Below, in pieces: positions 23,371-34,500 of a stretch of 64,000 nucleotides of DNA. Every line of letters begins with the position of its first letter. Position 1 is the stretch's first letter. Origin of the DNA: Acidilobaceae archaeon (GTDB lineage: Archaea; Thermoproteota; Thermoprotei_A; Sulfolobales; Acidilobaceae); contig JANXEI010000001.1 of the NCBI GenBank assembly GCA_025058835.1, positions 42,311 through 106,310 of the forward strand, read 5' to 3'. The notes beneath the pieces were generated by a model. It was not told where the DNA came from, made no database searches, and was given only the letters and a program-made list of their open reading frames with translations. Made by a program: the position numbers and the translations under genes.

Positions 23371-26300
23371 GTGGCCCCCGTGATCCAGGCCATATACAAA
23401 GGCCTCTGCCCCAACTGCGGAGGTCCCATAAGCTATGGGAGGCTCCAGAAGGGCCTCCCCTGCGAGGCCTGCCTGCCGGAGGAGGACAGCAACTACCTGG
23501 CAGCCCTCGAGAGGAGGGGGAAGCTGGAGGGCCTCTCCTGGCTGAAGCTGCTCAAGAAGGAGCACGAGGAGTTCCTCTCCTTCTTCCGCTCCTCCCTCGG
23601 CTTCGAGCCCTGGGGAGCTCAGGAGAGCTGGGCCAAGAGGCTCCTCATGCTGGAGAGCTTTGCCATAATAGCCCCCACGGGCGTGGGGAAGAGCACGCTG
23701 CTCATTGCTTACGCAGCCTTCAGGGCTAGGCGCGGCTGGAGGGTCCTCTACCTCGTGCCCACCGAGAACCTTGCCAGGCAGGTGCAGGAGAGGCTGAGGA
23801 AGATGTGCCCGGGGGCCCTGGCTTACTACTCGAGCCTCCCCAAGAGGGAGAGGGAGGAGGCCCTCTCGAGGATAAGGAGGGGGGAGCTGAAGGCCCTCGT
23901 GACCACCACGAGCTTCCTGGAGAGGAGGGCGCACGAGCTCCCCCTCTTCGATCTGGTGATCGTGGACGACGTGGACAGCCTGGTGAGGGACAGCAAGAAC
24001 GTGGACAGGGTGCTCAAGGCCATGGGCTTCAGGGAGGAAACCATAGCAACGGCAACGGAGCTGGTGAAGGCCAGGATCAGGCTGAGGAGGGCGAGGGCTG
24101 CAGGGAGCAGGGAGGAGAGGCTGGAGCTCCTCGTGACTGAGCTGGAGGGGAGGCTGAGGAGGCTCCTGGAGGGGGAGAGGGGCGGCCAGCTGGTGGTTGC
24201 CTCAGCCACCGGCAGGCCCAAGGGCTACAGGCACCTGGTCTTCAGGGAGCTCCTGAACTTCGAGGTGGGGGGAGGGGGGGACTACATCAGGAACGTGATA
24301 GACAGCTACTCCCCTGCCGGAGATGTTGTGAGCATAGTGAAGCAGCTGGGCAAGGGGGGAATAGTGTTCGTGAGCCAATATCTGGGCAAAGGAGCCATGG
24401 AGCAGATCTTGTCGCGCCTGGAGAGGGAGGGGGTTAGGGCGGCAAAGGCCCTGGCGGGTTCCTGGAGGGGCGTGCTCCAGCTGGAGAGGGGGGAGGTGGA
24501 TGTGCTAGTAACCGTAGCCAGCAGGTACGGCGTTGCCGTGAGGGGCCTCGACGCGCCGAAGAGGGTGAGGTACGTGCTGTTCCTGGGCGCCCCTGCCAGG
24601 AGGCTCCGGCTGGAGGAGGCCCTCTCCTCCCCCATGCGCCTCCTGCGGCTCCTCCTGCAGGCAAAGGAGGAGGGGAGCCAGGAGGGCACAGAGCTCGCAA
24701 GGGAGCTCGTGAAGCTGCTAGAGAGGGTGGAGCCTGAGGCCCTCTCGGCAGCGCTGAGGGAGGGGAGCGCAGAGGGGGCCCTCGGGAGGGCCGTGGAGCT
24801 GCTCAGGAGGGCAAAGGCCTGGGCAGTAGGCTGGGCAAGGGAGAGGTTGGGGGAGAGGGGGGAGATGAGGGTGGGCACCATGCTCATAGCGCGGGAGGGG
24901 GAGCTCTACGTTTACGTGCCAGACGCGCTGACCTACCTCCAGGCCAGCGGGAGGGCCAGCAGGCTCCTCGAGGGGAGGATGACGCTGGGGCTGAGCGTGG
25001 TGGTGGAGCCGCGGGAGGAGCTGGTGAAGGGCCTGGAGGCAAAGCTCAGGGCCTTTGCTGACGTGAAGTTCTCCAGGCTGGAGGAGCTGGATCTGGAGGA
25101 GGTGAAGAGGGGGCTGGAGGAGAGCAGGCAGGGCAGGGGGAGGGAGCTGAGGGTCAAGACCTGCCTGCTCGTGGTGGAGTCCCCCACCAAGGCGAGGACC
25201 ATAGGCTGGTTCTGGGGGAGGCCTGGGAAGAGGAGGGTGGGGAGGCTCACCGTCTACGAGACCTCCTACCTGGACGGGGAGAGCATAACCATCCTCCAGG
25301 TAGCTGCCACGCGGGGCCACCTCTTCGACCTCGTGGAGGACGAGGAGGGCACCAGATATGGGATAATAGTGAGGGAGGACTCCTACTTGCCGATATATGG
25401 CAGCATAAAGAGGTGCCTCTCCTGCGGAGCCCAGTTCATCTCAGCCCCCCGCTGCCCCCGCTGCTCCTCTGCTGAAGCTACAGACTCCATGGCTACAGTG
25501 GAGGCTCTCAGGAGGCTTGCGCTAACCGTGGACGAGGTGGTCGTAGCTACCGATCCAGACAGGGAGGGGGAGAAGATAGCTATGGACGTGGCCCTCTCCC
25601 TCAAGCCATATGCTAAGGCAGTGAGGAGGGCCCGCTTCTACGAGGTGTCGCGGAGGGAGATCATGAGGGCCATCAGGGAAGCAGGGGAGATAGACGGCAA
25701 GCTGGTGGAGTCGCAGATGGCGAGGAGGATAGCAGATAGGTGGATAGGCTACTACCTCAGCTCCTACCTCAAGGAGGCCTACGGGAAGGAGTGGCTGGGG
25801 GCTGGGAGGGTGCAGACGCCGGTGCTGGGCTGGGTAGTGGAGAGGTACAAGGAGTGGGGGAGCAGCCAGCTCTACCGCGCATGCCTGAAGCTGTCCACCG
25901 GCTACAGGTTCTGCCTCCCCTTCCAAGAGAAGAGGGAGGCAGAGAGGGCAGCCCTCTCGCCATATGTGCTGCTAGAGGAGGTGAGGAGGGAGGAGGTAAC
26001 GTTGAGCCCTCCCGCGCCCTACTCCACCGATTCCCTCCTCTACGATGCCTCGGCAAAGCTAGCCCTCAGGGTGGAGCTGGCAATGAGGCTAGCTCAAGAC
26101 CTCTTCGAGGCCGGGCTGATCACCTACCACAGGACTGACTCCGTGAGGGTTTCCCCGCAGGGGATAGAGATAGCAAGAGCATACCTCTCCCAGAGGGGCA
26201 TGGAAGAACTGTTTAGGCCGAGGGGGTGGAGCGAGGAGGGGGCTCACGAGGCAATAAGGCCCACCAGGCCTCTGGATGCAGAGTCCCTGGACAAGGCTGT

Positions 26301-26895
26301 GGCTGAGGGGGCCCTTAGGCTGAACCTGAGGCTCACCGAGAGGCACAGGGCGCTCTACGACCTCATATTCCGGCGCTTCGTGGCGAGCCAGATGGCAGAG
26401 GCTAAGGCAATCAGGGCAACGCTCGTGGTTGATGTAGAGGGCACAAAGGCGAGGCTGGAGGTCCTCGCAGCCCTCCCCCAGCCGGGCTTTGCCTCAGTGC
26501 TGGGCATGAGGCTCGAGCCCTGGGCCCTCCAGCTGAGGGGAGGGGAGAGCCTGGAGGTGGCAGAATCTAGCGTGAGGAGGGGGAGCTCTGCTCACCTCTA
26601 CACGAGCGGGGAGGTGGTGAGGCTCATGAAGGAGAGGGGCATAGGGAGGCCCAGCACCTACTACAAGGCCATAGAGGCGAACAAGAGGCACGGCTATGTG
26701 GTGGAGAGCAAGAGGAGGGGAGCCCTGGTGCCAACCAAGATGGGGGTGCAGGCTTACGAGCTCCTGAGGAGCAGGTTCCCCCACCTCACCTCGGAAGCCT
26801 TCACCAGCAAGCTGGAGGAGAAGCTGGACCTCGTGGAGGGGAACGGGCTGAGCGCTAAGGACGTGCTGAGGGAGCTGTGGGACTCCCTAGCCTAG
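23371..26895 (+). CDS. rgy: Reverse gyrase
   Basis: 1174 aa with an N-terminal Zn finger CPNCGG...CEAC, helicase motifs APTGVGKST and VIVDDVDS, TOPRIM LLVVESPTKARTIG, an inserted CLSCG...CPRC finger and a type IA topoisomerase domain. Confidence 0.95.
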   Translation: MAPVIQAIYKGLCPNCGGPISYGRLQKGLPCEACLPEEDSNYLAALERRGKLEGLSWLKLLKKEHEEFLSFFRSSLGFEPWGAQESWAKRLLMLESFAIIAPTGVGKSTLLIAYAAFRARRGWRVLYLVPTENLARQVQERLRKMCPGALAYYSSLPKREREEALSRIRRGELKALVTTTSFLERRAHELPLFDLVIVDDVDSLVRDSKNVDRVLKAMGFREETIATATELVKARIRLRRARAAGSREERLELLVTELEGRLRRLLEGERGGQLVVASATGRPKGYRHLVFRELLNFEVGGGGDYIRNVIDSYSPAGDVVSIVKQLGKGGIVFVSQYLGKGAMEQILSRLEREGVRAAKALAGSWRGVLQLERGEVDVLVTVASRYGVAVRGLDAPKRVRYVLFLGAPARRLRLEEALSSPMRLLRLLLQAKEEGSQEGTELARELVKLLERVEPEALSAALREGSAEGALGRAVELLRRAKAWAVGWARERLGERGEMRVGTMLIAREGELYVYVPDALTYLQASGRASRLLEGRMTLGLSVVVEPREELVKGLEAKLRAFADVKFSRLEELDLEEVKRGLEESRQGRGRELRVKTCLLVVESPTKARTIGWFWGRPGKRRVGRLTVYETSYLDGESITILQVAATRGHLFDLVEDEEGTRYGIIVREDSYLPIYGSIKRCLSCGAQFISAPRCPRCSSAEATDSMATVEALRRLALTVDEVVVATDPDREGEKIAMDVALSLKPYAKAVRRARFYEVSRREIMRAIREAGEIDGKLVESQMARRIADRWIGYYLSSYLKEAYGKEWLGAGRVQTPVLGWVVERYKEWGSSQLYRACLKLSTGYRFCLPFQEKREAERAALSPYVLLEEVRREEVTLSPPAPYSTDSLLYDASAKLALRVELAMRLAQDLFEAGLITYHRTDSVRVSPQGIEIARAYLSQRGMEELFRPRGWSEEGAHEAIRPTRPLDAESLDKAVAEGALRLNLRLTERHRALYDLIFRRFVASQMAEAKAIRATLVVDVEGTKARLEVLAALPQPGFASVLGMRLEPWALQLRGGESLEVAESSVRRGSSAHLYTSGEVVRLMKERGIGRPSTYYKAIEANKRHGYVVESKRRGALVPTKMGVQAYELLRSRFPHLTSEAFTSKLEEKLDLVEGNGLSAKDVLRELWDSLA

Positions 26896-29193
26896 CTCTA
26901 CCACGCTCCTCGTGCCGGCCTTGGAGACCCTGATCACCCTATCTGCCCTCTCCTCCACCTCCTCGTCGTGAGTGATAACGATTATCTGCTGGAGGGAGCC
27001 GGCGAGCCTCGGGATGATCTCGAAGATCTTTTCCCTCGCCTCCTCGTCCAGGAACTCTGTGGGCTCGTCCAATATCATGGCGTCTATGGGCACCCTCAGC
27101 GCCCTCGCCAGCCCTAGCCTTATGGCTATGGCTAGCATAGTCCTCTCCCCTCCGCTGAGGGACCTCACGTCCAGCTTCACATCTCCGCCCCTCGCCCCGC
27201 TCCTGATCACCACTATGTCGAACTCCTCGCTCACGCTCACCCAGAAGTCCCTGCCCAGCACCCTCAGTATCTCGTTCACGTGGCTCTCCAGAGCGCCTCG
27301 GAGCTCCCTCGTAAGCTCCCTCGCCAGGAGGCCGTCCTTTCCCAGCACATCGTCCACAAGCACAGAGACGACCTTGAGGAGCTCCCTCTTCCCCTCTGCC
27401 GCAAGTATCTCTGCCTCCATCTGCGAGATCTCCGCGCTCAAGGCCTTCACCCTCTCCCTGAGCCTCTCCACGCTCCCCCTCAGCTTGCCTGCCTCCTTTG
27501 CGGTCTCCAGGACCCTCTTCTCCGCCTCCCCCTTCCTCGCCCTCTCCTCCTTCAGCTCCTTCTCCAGCTCCGCGAGGCTCCTCGAGGGCTCCTCCGGCAG
27601 CGCTAGCTCCCTTAGCCTCTTCTCCAGCTCCTCCCTCTTCACCTCCAGCTTTTCCCTCTCCTTCAGCTCCCCCTTTGCCCTCTCCAGCGGGCAGTCGCTT
27701 GCCCTTGCCAGCTCTAGCCCGTAAAGCGCGGCCAGCTCGCTGCAGGAGCTCATGAAGGCGGCAAGCTTCTCCCTTGCCCTCTCCCGCTCCTCCCTCGCCC
27801 TCGCCAGCTTCCTCGCTATTTCCTCCCTCTCTGCCCTCTTCTCCTTCTCCGCAGAGATCCTCTTCAGCTCCCTCTCGAGCGCCGCCATCTCCTCCTCGAT
27901 CTTCCTCACCCTCTCCCTCTTCTCCTCAGCTATGCGGTGAGCCCTCTCTGGCGAGAGGGGGCTGCCGCAGAGGGGACACCTATCTGTCAGGACCGCCGGC
28001 GTGAGGGCAGAGAGGAGCTTCTTCTCTGCTGAGAGCTCGCCGAGCCTCCTGGAGAGGTCCTTCTCCACCTCTGCTAGTGCGTCTTGCTGCAGGCGCTGCA
28101 GGGCCTCCTCTACCCTCCTCGCCCCCTCCAGCCAGGCGCTCTCCCAGCCCCTGTCGTCCTCTAGCCAAAGGGCCCTCAGGAGCTCCCGCAGTCCCAAAGA
28201 CTTCCCTCTCCCCAGCACCTGCTGGAGCAGCTCTTCCCTCACGATCCCCTTGCCGCGGAGGGCCTCTGCTGCCTCCTTCTCTGCCTTCTGGAGGAGCCCG
28301 AGGGAGAACTCCAGCTCGTTCCTAGCCCTCTCTACCTTCTCCACGAGCTCTTTGTGCTCTGGCCCGAGGGGGATGCTAGAGATCTTTGCTAGGACCTCCC
28401 CCAGCTCCCTCTCTACGCTTCGCTTCTCCTCCCGCTTCCTCGCTAGCTCCACCGCCCTCTCAAGCTCCTCCACCCTCTTCCTGAGCTCCTCCAGCTCCTG
28501 CTGTGCCCTCCTGGCCTCCTCCTCGAGCAGGTGCAGCCTCTGCTCCTCCTCCTTCAGCCTCTTCTCCTCTTCTGCCATCTCCCTCTTCTTCTTTGCCATC
28601 TCCTTTGCCCTCTCCTCCGCCCTATTCACAGCGGACTCGAGATCATTGAGCTCCTTCCTCAGGCTCTCCCTCAGCTCCTCTAGCCTCCGAAGGCCTGCGA
28701 GCTCCAGCACCACCTCCTTCCGCTTGGAGGGGGCGAGCTCTACTATGTCAGCCAGATGACCCTGCCTAGAGATCATGGTAGCTGTGAGCACTGCCATGTT
28801 GTCCTTCCTTATGCCCAGCAGCTGGGTGAGCCTGTTGCAAACCTCCTCCTCCCCCTCCGCGACCAGCTTGCCGTCCTCGTAAAGCTTGGCCTTCGGCTGG
28901 AGGGAGCGGGAGGTGTCGAGCACCCTCTCCACCCTGTACTCCTTCCCCCTCATCTCCAGCCATACCCTGACCTCGCCCCTGCTCTCCCCTGCCCTGATCA
29001 TGCTGGCCAGGGTGTTCCTAACGACCTCCTCTCCCTTCTTGCAGGTGCCAATGGTGGCGAGGAGGAGCGCGTCCACTATGGTGCTCTTCCCGCTCCCGTT
29101 AGCCCCCACTATGGCGTTGATGCCCTTCGTGAACTCCACAGCCCCCCTGTCGTAGGACATAACGTTGTAGAGCTCCACCCTCTTCACGATCAC
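26887..29193 (-). CDS. rad50: DNA double-strand break repair ATPase Rad50
   Basis: Walker A GANGSGKST, a long coiled coil, zinc hook CPLCGSPL, signature LSGGERTM and Walker B ILDEPT. Confidence 0.9.
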   Translation of the reverse strand: MIVKRVELYNVMSYDRGAVEFTKGINAIVGANGSGKSTIVDALLLATIGTCKKGEEVVRNTLASMIRAGESRGEVRVWLEMRGKEYRVERVLDTSRSLQPKAKLYEDGKLVAEGEEEVCNRLTQLLGIRKDNMAVLTATMISRQGHLADIVELAPSKRKEVVLELAGLRRLEELRESLRKELNDLESAVNRAEERAKEMAKKKREMAEEEKRLKEEEQRLHLLEEEARRAQQELEELRKRVEELERAVELARKREEKRSVERELGEVLAKISSIPLGPEHKELVEKVERARNELEFSLGLLQKAEKEAAEALRGKGIVREELLQQVLGRGKSLGLRELLRALWLEDDRGWESAWLEGARRVEEALQRLQQDALAEVEKDLSRRLGELSAEKKLLSALTPAVLTDRCPLCGSPLSPERAHRIAEEKRERVRKIEEEMAALERELKRISAEKEKRAEREEIARKLARAREERERAREKLAAFMSSCSELAALYGLELARASDCPLERAKGELKEREKLEVKREELEKRLRELALPEEPSRSLAELEKELKEERARKGEAEKRVLETAKEAGKLRGSVERLRERVKALSAEISQMEAEILAAEGKRELLKVVSVLVDDVLGKDGLLARELTRELRGALESHVNEILRVLGRDFWVSVSEEFDIVVIRSGARGGDVKLDVRSLSGGERTMLAIAIRLGLARALRVPIDAMILDEPTEFLDEEAREKIFEIIPRLAGSLQQIIVITHDEEVEERADRVIRVSKAGTRSVVELG

Positions 29194-30332
29194 CTGCCCT
29201 TCGCCTCCAAAGCCTTCCCGAGCCGGAGCAGCAGAGCCCTGTCCCTCTCCAGCTCTCCCAGGAACTCCTTCGCCCTCTCAGGCTCCTCCAGGAGGGCCAT
29301 CATTGCCTTCACAAGCCTCTCCTCCTTGAGGAGCCTCCTCACGACCTCCTCTAGGGAGAGCCGCTCGCCCCATGACCTCTCCACCTTTAGCTGGACCGTC
29401 GGCTGCTGCTCGTATCTATAGGTGAGCACCTTCTTCCCCTTCAGCAAGGAGCTCAAGAGATCCTCTATCCTCCTCCTCCCCACCGAGGTGCCAGAGGTTA
29501 TCTCCACGTACACTATGGGAGGGTCGCCCTCCCGCTGCCGGAGCCCCTCGAGCTGCCTCACTATTTCCTCCTCCTTCCCCTTCAGGTAGACCCAAGGCCT
29601 TGCCCCCTTCAGCTTCACCCACTGCACCTCCACCTCTCCCCCTCTCACCTCCCCGAGAACCGCGTACCTGTTGCTCTCCTCCAGGTACTCGCTCACAGAG
29701 GAGAACTCTGTGGCGCCCGGGTACACTACCTTCATCCCCCCTATCGTTCTCTCCCAACGGGCGTGGAGGTCTCCTAGGGCAACGTAGGCGTAGCCTCGCG
29801 GTATCCTCTCTGCCCACCACCCGCTCTCGCATCTAGCCGGAGCTCCCGTCACATCGCAGAGGAGCAGGTGGGCCAGCGCTATCTTAACTCTCCCCCCTGC
29901 AGCCCTCAGCTGATCCTCTATGAACAGGTTTCCCGAGGCCCAGCTGGAGTATACCAGGAGGGAGACGTCGCCGAGCGTGAAGACGGAGGGCTTCCAATAG
30001 TCTTCGGGAGACTTGAGGAGCTCAATCTCATGCAGCACCCTCACGGGCGAGCCCTTTGACTCGCTCTTCGGCAGCTCGTGGTTGCCGGGAGCGATGAAGA
30101 ACTTGATGCCCTTCTCCTTCAGCCGCTTAAGCTGCACAATGGCTTCCCTGTAAGCCTTCGGCGATGGGTTGGAGGAGTGGAACAAGTCTCCCCCGTGGAG
30201 CACCGCGTCCACCCTCTCTTCCAAGGCTATGTCTATTACCTCCTTGAACGCCTTGTAGAAGTCCTGCTCCCTCTCCAGGAGGCCGTAGTGCCTATAGCCG
30301 AGATGCGTGTCTGAAACGTGAAGGAACCTCAA
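29190..30332 (-). CDS. mre11: DNA double-strand break repair nuclease Mre11
   Basis: MRFLHVSDTHLG, GGDLFH and GNHE phosphoesterase motifs; 4-nt overlap with rad50. Confidence 0.9.
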   Translation of the reverse strand: MRFLHVSDTHLGYRHYGLLEREQDFYKAFKEVIDIALEERVDAVLHGGDLFHSSNPSPKAYREAIVQLKRLKEKGIKFFIAPGNHELPKSESKGSPVRVLHEIELLKSPEDYWKPSVFTLGDVSLLVYSSWASGNLFIEDQLRAAGGRVKIALAHLLLCDVTGAPARCESGWWAERIPRGYAYVALGDLHARWERTIGGMKVVYPGATEFSSVSEYLEESNRYAVLGEVRGGEVEVQWVKLKGARPWVYLKGKEEEIVRQLEGLRQREGDPPIVYVEITSGTSVGRRRIEDLLSSLLKGKKVLTYRYEQQPTVQLKVERSWGERLSLEEVVRRLLKEERLVKAMMALLEEPERAKEFLGELERDRALLLRLGKALEAKGR

Positions 30333-31447
30333 GAAGAGCCCCCTCGAGGACTTGCTCCACCGCTCCTTATTAACAGAAACGATATTAAGGAGAGCAGTAA
30401 CATGATCAGGAGACCCCTCCCCAAACTTTCCTCCTCGAGGACCGGATATGCTATTAGGTTAGCCACGGAGGAGAGGCTGTAGATCATGGTGAGGATCCCT
30501 GCTGCCGTTGCCTGGAGCTCCATGGGGAGGCGGCGGCTAACGTAGACTGCCTGGGCCACGTCCTTGAAGGGGTAGAAGGGCAGGAGCCAGAGGAGGGCTA
30601 GGAGGAAGCCCCCTGCCAGGTAGAGCGATATGCCGTAGAGCGAGTAGGCTATCACGACCAGCAGGAGCGCCCTCTCCTCCCCCACCTTCTCCACCACCAG
30701 CCCCGCTAGAGGCCTTGCCAGCGCCGAGAGGAGGGAGGTGAGGCTCACCCCCACGAAGCCGAAGAGGAGGAGGTCGTTCCCCAGCTCCCGGTAGAGCTTC
30801 ACGGCTATCATGCTGAAGAAGAGGGTGAGGCCTGCGGAGAAGAGGGCAAGGCCGAGGAGGGGCCTCAGGGGGAGCGCGCGAAGGGCTGCCCCCACCTTGC
30901 CGTTGCCAAAGGAGTTCTCTGCAAAGAGAGCGCCCAGGAGGGAGGAGAGGGAGTAGAGGGCTCCCATGAGGAGGAAGAGCTGGGGGTAGCCGAACCTCTC
31001 CACCACCGGCGCAGGGATCAGCCCCCCTACGGCCCAGGCTATGGGGAAGAGAATCGAGAGCTTGGCGTACCTGGCAGCAGAGCCCCCGCTGGCCCTCAGG
31101 AGGGAGCCCACTGCTGCTGCGCTGAAGAGAGTGGAGAGGAGGCCCACGAGGGCCACCAGCCCAACGGCTCCCATGCTAGGAGTGTAGACTATGAGGGGCA
31201 GCAGGAAGCCCCGCAGGGAGGAGAGGAGCAGCAAGGTCCTCGCCCCCCTCACGTCCCCCAGGAGGCCCAGGAGGGGCCCGGCTATGCCCGGCAGGGCCTC
31301 GGCTGCGGAGAGGAGGAGCATGAACCTATAGCTCTCCTCCCCCAGCCTGTCGCTGAAGTAGGCCCGGCTGGCAGCGTAGTACATAGCTGCCGCAGCCTGG
31401 TCTATGGCTATGGAGGCAGAGATCCCCCAAGCCTGCCAGCCCTTCAT
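30329..31447 (-). CDS. MFS-type membrane transporter
   Basis: 372 aa with about 10-12 TM segments of MFS-like organisation. Its stop overlaps the mre11 start by 4 nt. Confidence 0.55.
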   Translation of the reverse strand: MKGWQAWGISASIAIDQAAAAMYYAASRAYFSDRLGEESYRFMLLLSAAEALPGIAGPLLGLLGDVRGARTLLLLSSLRGFLLPLIVYTPSMGAVGLVALVGLLSTLFSAAAVGSLLRASGGSAARYAKLSILFPIAWAVGGLIPAPVVERFGYPQLFLLMGALYSLSSLLGALFAENSFGNGKVGAALRALPLRPLLGLALFSAGLTLFFSMIAVKLYRELGNDLLLFGFVGVSLTSLLSALARPLAGLVVEKVGEERALLLVVIAYSLYGISLYLAGGFLLALLWLLPFYPFKDVAQAVYVSRRLPMELQATAAGILTMIYSLSSVANLIAYPVLEEESLGRGLLIMLLLSLISFLLIRSGGASPRGGSS

Positions 31448-31485
31448 CTCTCCCCAGCTAGCTTAGCCAGAGCTCTTAGGAAAGG

Positions 31486-31560
31486 TGGGCCCGCGGGGAT
31501 TTGAACCCCGGACCTCCGCCGTGTGAGGGCGGCGTCCTATCCAGGCTAGACGACGGGCCC
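31486..31560 (-). tRNA. tRNA-Val (anticodon CAC)
   Basis: The reverse complement reads GGGCCCG-TC-GTCT-AGCCTGGATA-GGAC-G-CCGCC-CTCACAC-GGCGG-AGGTC-CGGGG-TTCAAAT-CCCCG-CGGGCCC-A. Confidence 0.9.
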
Positions 31561-34500
31561 TACAGATAGTGAGCTAATGCTAGCTCTAATAAGTCTTTGG
31601 CCGCCGGCCTCTCGAGCACTAAGCACCCCGTCGCTGCTCCTGTGGTTCATCATCAGGAAGCTCCTCGACTAGATCCATTCCACTCGATGTGTCATGCGCT
31701 GAAGGCTGGGAAGCTATACGGCACGAGCGAACTAGGCGGAGTTCGGGCCGCGTGGGTGTCGAGCAGACCGCCCAGCCTATGCGTGAGGACTAGGGCATTG
31801 CATAGCTAGTAACGCTGTTCCCGACACTTTATTTATACCTGATTACACTAGCAGTCTCGGGGTATCTAAATGAGTTCAGCACCTCACGAGAACGTTAGGC
31901 TTCTCGTTTCGCAGGCCGTTCTCAATATATTGAATGGTCTAATTTCGAAGAAAATTAGGGCTGAAGGTTACAATGCTAGGCTAGCCGTTCTGAAGAAGTT
32001 CATCGAGTCGCATAAGGGCAGCCCTGAGAGCATCATCATGCTAATGCCTCAAGAGGTTAGGGTAGGAGGCGAAGAGAGGTTCCGCGTCGACATGGTGATC
32101 GGCAGCAAGATCGCGTTTGACTTTAAGTCTAGCAAGAGCGAGTTCGACGCAGCCGTAGACGCGGCTAAAACCAAGTACTTACCTCACCTCCCCAGGGTCA
32201 GCTACTATGTCATAACAAACTGGAGCTCTTGGAGGTTTTACAGGGTCATCCGCAGGGGTGATAGTACTGATTTGCGGCTGGTTGTAGAAGGCGAAAAGGA
32301 TGCAGCCATTGCAGAGCTGGAGAAGGTGCTTGCTAGGGAGATCGAGGAGCTGAAGGTCCCGCCGCACCCAGATGTCATAGCGACTCTCTACTCCATAGAC
32401 ATCGATGAGTCGAGGAGGGGCATGATGAGCGTGCTGAACTCGGTGTTAAAAGATAGAGATGTTGCTCCTCTCTTCGAGGCATACAAGAAGGTCATGGAGA
32501 CCCTGTACCCCCAGAGAAGCCCGGACTTCGTGAAAGAGCTTTACGTTAACCACACGCTGATGCACATGATGGTTATGGCCAGCCTTTCTGCGGTTTTGAA
32601 CAGGAGTGGCACCGAGATTGACATATGCAGTGGCAGCGCTCTCCCACCTGGCCTCGATGTCGCCTTGCCGTACCTGAACTGGTGGAAGATCGCGCTCGAC
32701 AAGATGTCTAAGGAGCACCAGGAGATGATCAGGAGAATAGCTAATGACATTGTCGTAAAAGCCTACATGGTCGATTGGGATTTGGACAGCAGCGAGGACG
32801 TGTTTAGAGTGCTCTACGAGCTTTTAGTCGAGCCCCACGTGAGGAGGAGCATTGGTGAGTACTACACGCCGATCTGGTTGGTCGACAGGATACTTTCAGA
32901 GTTCACGCTGAAGGATAAGCTAGTCATGGATCCGTTCTGCGGCTCTGGCACTTTCCTGGTCAGAGCCTTCCATAAGAAGGTCATGGAGGGCGAGGATGCT
33001 GATAGTGCATATGAAGAGGTGGTCGGCTTCGACATAAATCCGCTTGCAGTTGCCGTTGCCAGAGCTGAGCTTGTTATATCATATGTGAGGGCTATGTCCA
33101 AGGAGCCCAAGACATCTCTGCGCTTACCTAGCACGCCCCCACGCGTGTACCACACAGACACGCTTGCTGCATGGTTTGGCGGGGGCTCTTTCGCCTTGTC
33201 AGATCCTAATTACTCTAGGATCGTAGAGTCGTTGGAAGCACATATATCTGCAAAGGTTAAGTTAGAAATTGCTAATAAACTAGCCAATATTAAGCCCAAG
33301 GACGCTTTGAGCGCGGTGTCTAGCTTTGAGCATCTACTAGCTGTTGGTATTCCGATATATATGCGCGATGAAGATTTTGAAAATAAACTAGCCGACCATA
33401 TACTCAATGGTTTAAGGGAGGATAACCCGATCGAGTCAATTTTGAGAGAGGCCGTCTTGAAAAATAGTAATAGTTTCATGAGTAACCTGGCGGCGCTAGT
33501 GAAGCGGTACGGCGACGGTGTTTGGGCTGCTGTTCTCTCTTCTGCAGCGTCACTCGCTCTGCTGAACGCTATAAGGCCGCACGTGATAGTTACGAATCCG
33601 CCATGGATTAATATGACGGAGTACAAGACTGGATACGCCGGGAAATTCTGGGAAGTTCTTAGTAGGAAGATCTTGGTAAATTCTTTGAAAATCATCCCAA
33701 AGAAGGCCTCAGGCATAGTGACAGGCTCCGACGTCGCTATCGCGGCTCTCTATAAGGCACTGTCGATCGCTAGAGATGGCGTAGGCTTTGTGATGAGCAG
33801 AAAGCAGGCCTTTTATAGCAAGGCCTCCGTCAATGCTGGAATTGTCGCAACGTATGCCGTGTTGAAAAGCACGTGTGCAGATTGTTTAGTGAAGTTAATC
33901 GATGTCGATTACGATGCGTTCGGCCACGGCGTATATCCGGCTCTGGTCATTGCTCTGAAGGGGAAGGAGAAGAAGGTCGAGCTATACGTTCTTAAAGTTG
34001 AAGACGGGTCAATACCAAAAGAGTACGACATCACTAAGGTTAAGCCGAGAGAGGTAAAGCTGAATATGTCGTACGAGGACTACATGCGACCTGCCGTACT
34101 ATGGGCCACTGAAGACGCCAAAAGCTTAGCTAAGGCCTTAGACGTGGTGAGGGTCGCCACAGGAGATTATGTAAGGGGTTTGTTCGGCGGAGAAAAGAAG
34201 AGCGGTAGTGAACTATATGCGGGGTTGGTTGTGAGTGACTTAAAGCCTGCAAATAGAGGGTTCTACATCAGGCTGTTCAACACGGACAAGGAGTACATGG
34301 TGCCATCGGAGTTAATGAGGAGGTATGGTATCGGCATCTATAAGATATACTATAGGGGGAGGATAAATCCATTCAAGTGTTCTACGCTTGACGTGATCCT
34401 CTCATCGATTGGCGAGGATAAGTTGAAGGCGTTCATAGGTGAAGTTATCCGAATAAACAGGAAGACCATGACCGAGGGCGATGAAAGGAGGTTGAGGAGA

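Noticed and set aside
26972-28759. Long Ser/Leu/Pro-rich ORFs and apparently repetitive sequence lie on the plus strand opposite rad50. I checked whether this was a repeat array or a CRISPR-like structure.
   Set aside because: The periodicity is the codon-level echo of the Glu/Lys/Leu/Arg-rich Rad50 coiled coil. There are no discrete direct repeats with unique spacers.
31597-31809. This 70-aa ORF lies between tRNA-Val and the type IIG-like gene. I also looked here, on both strands, for an integrase remnant.
   Set aside because: No integrase or recombinase motifs appear in any frame I translated, there is no plausible promoter or start context, and the composition is unremarkable. I treated it as non-coding leader or island edge.
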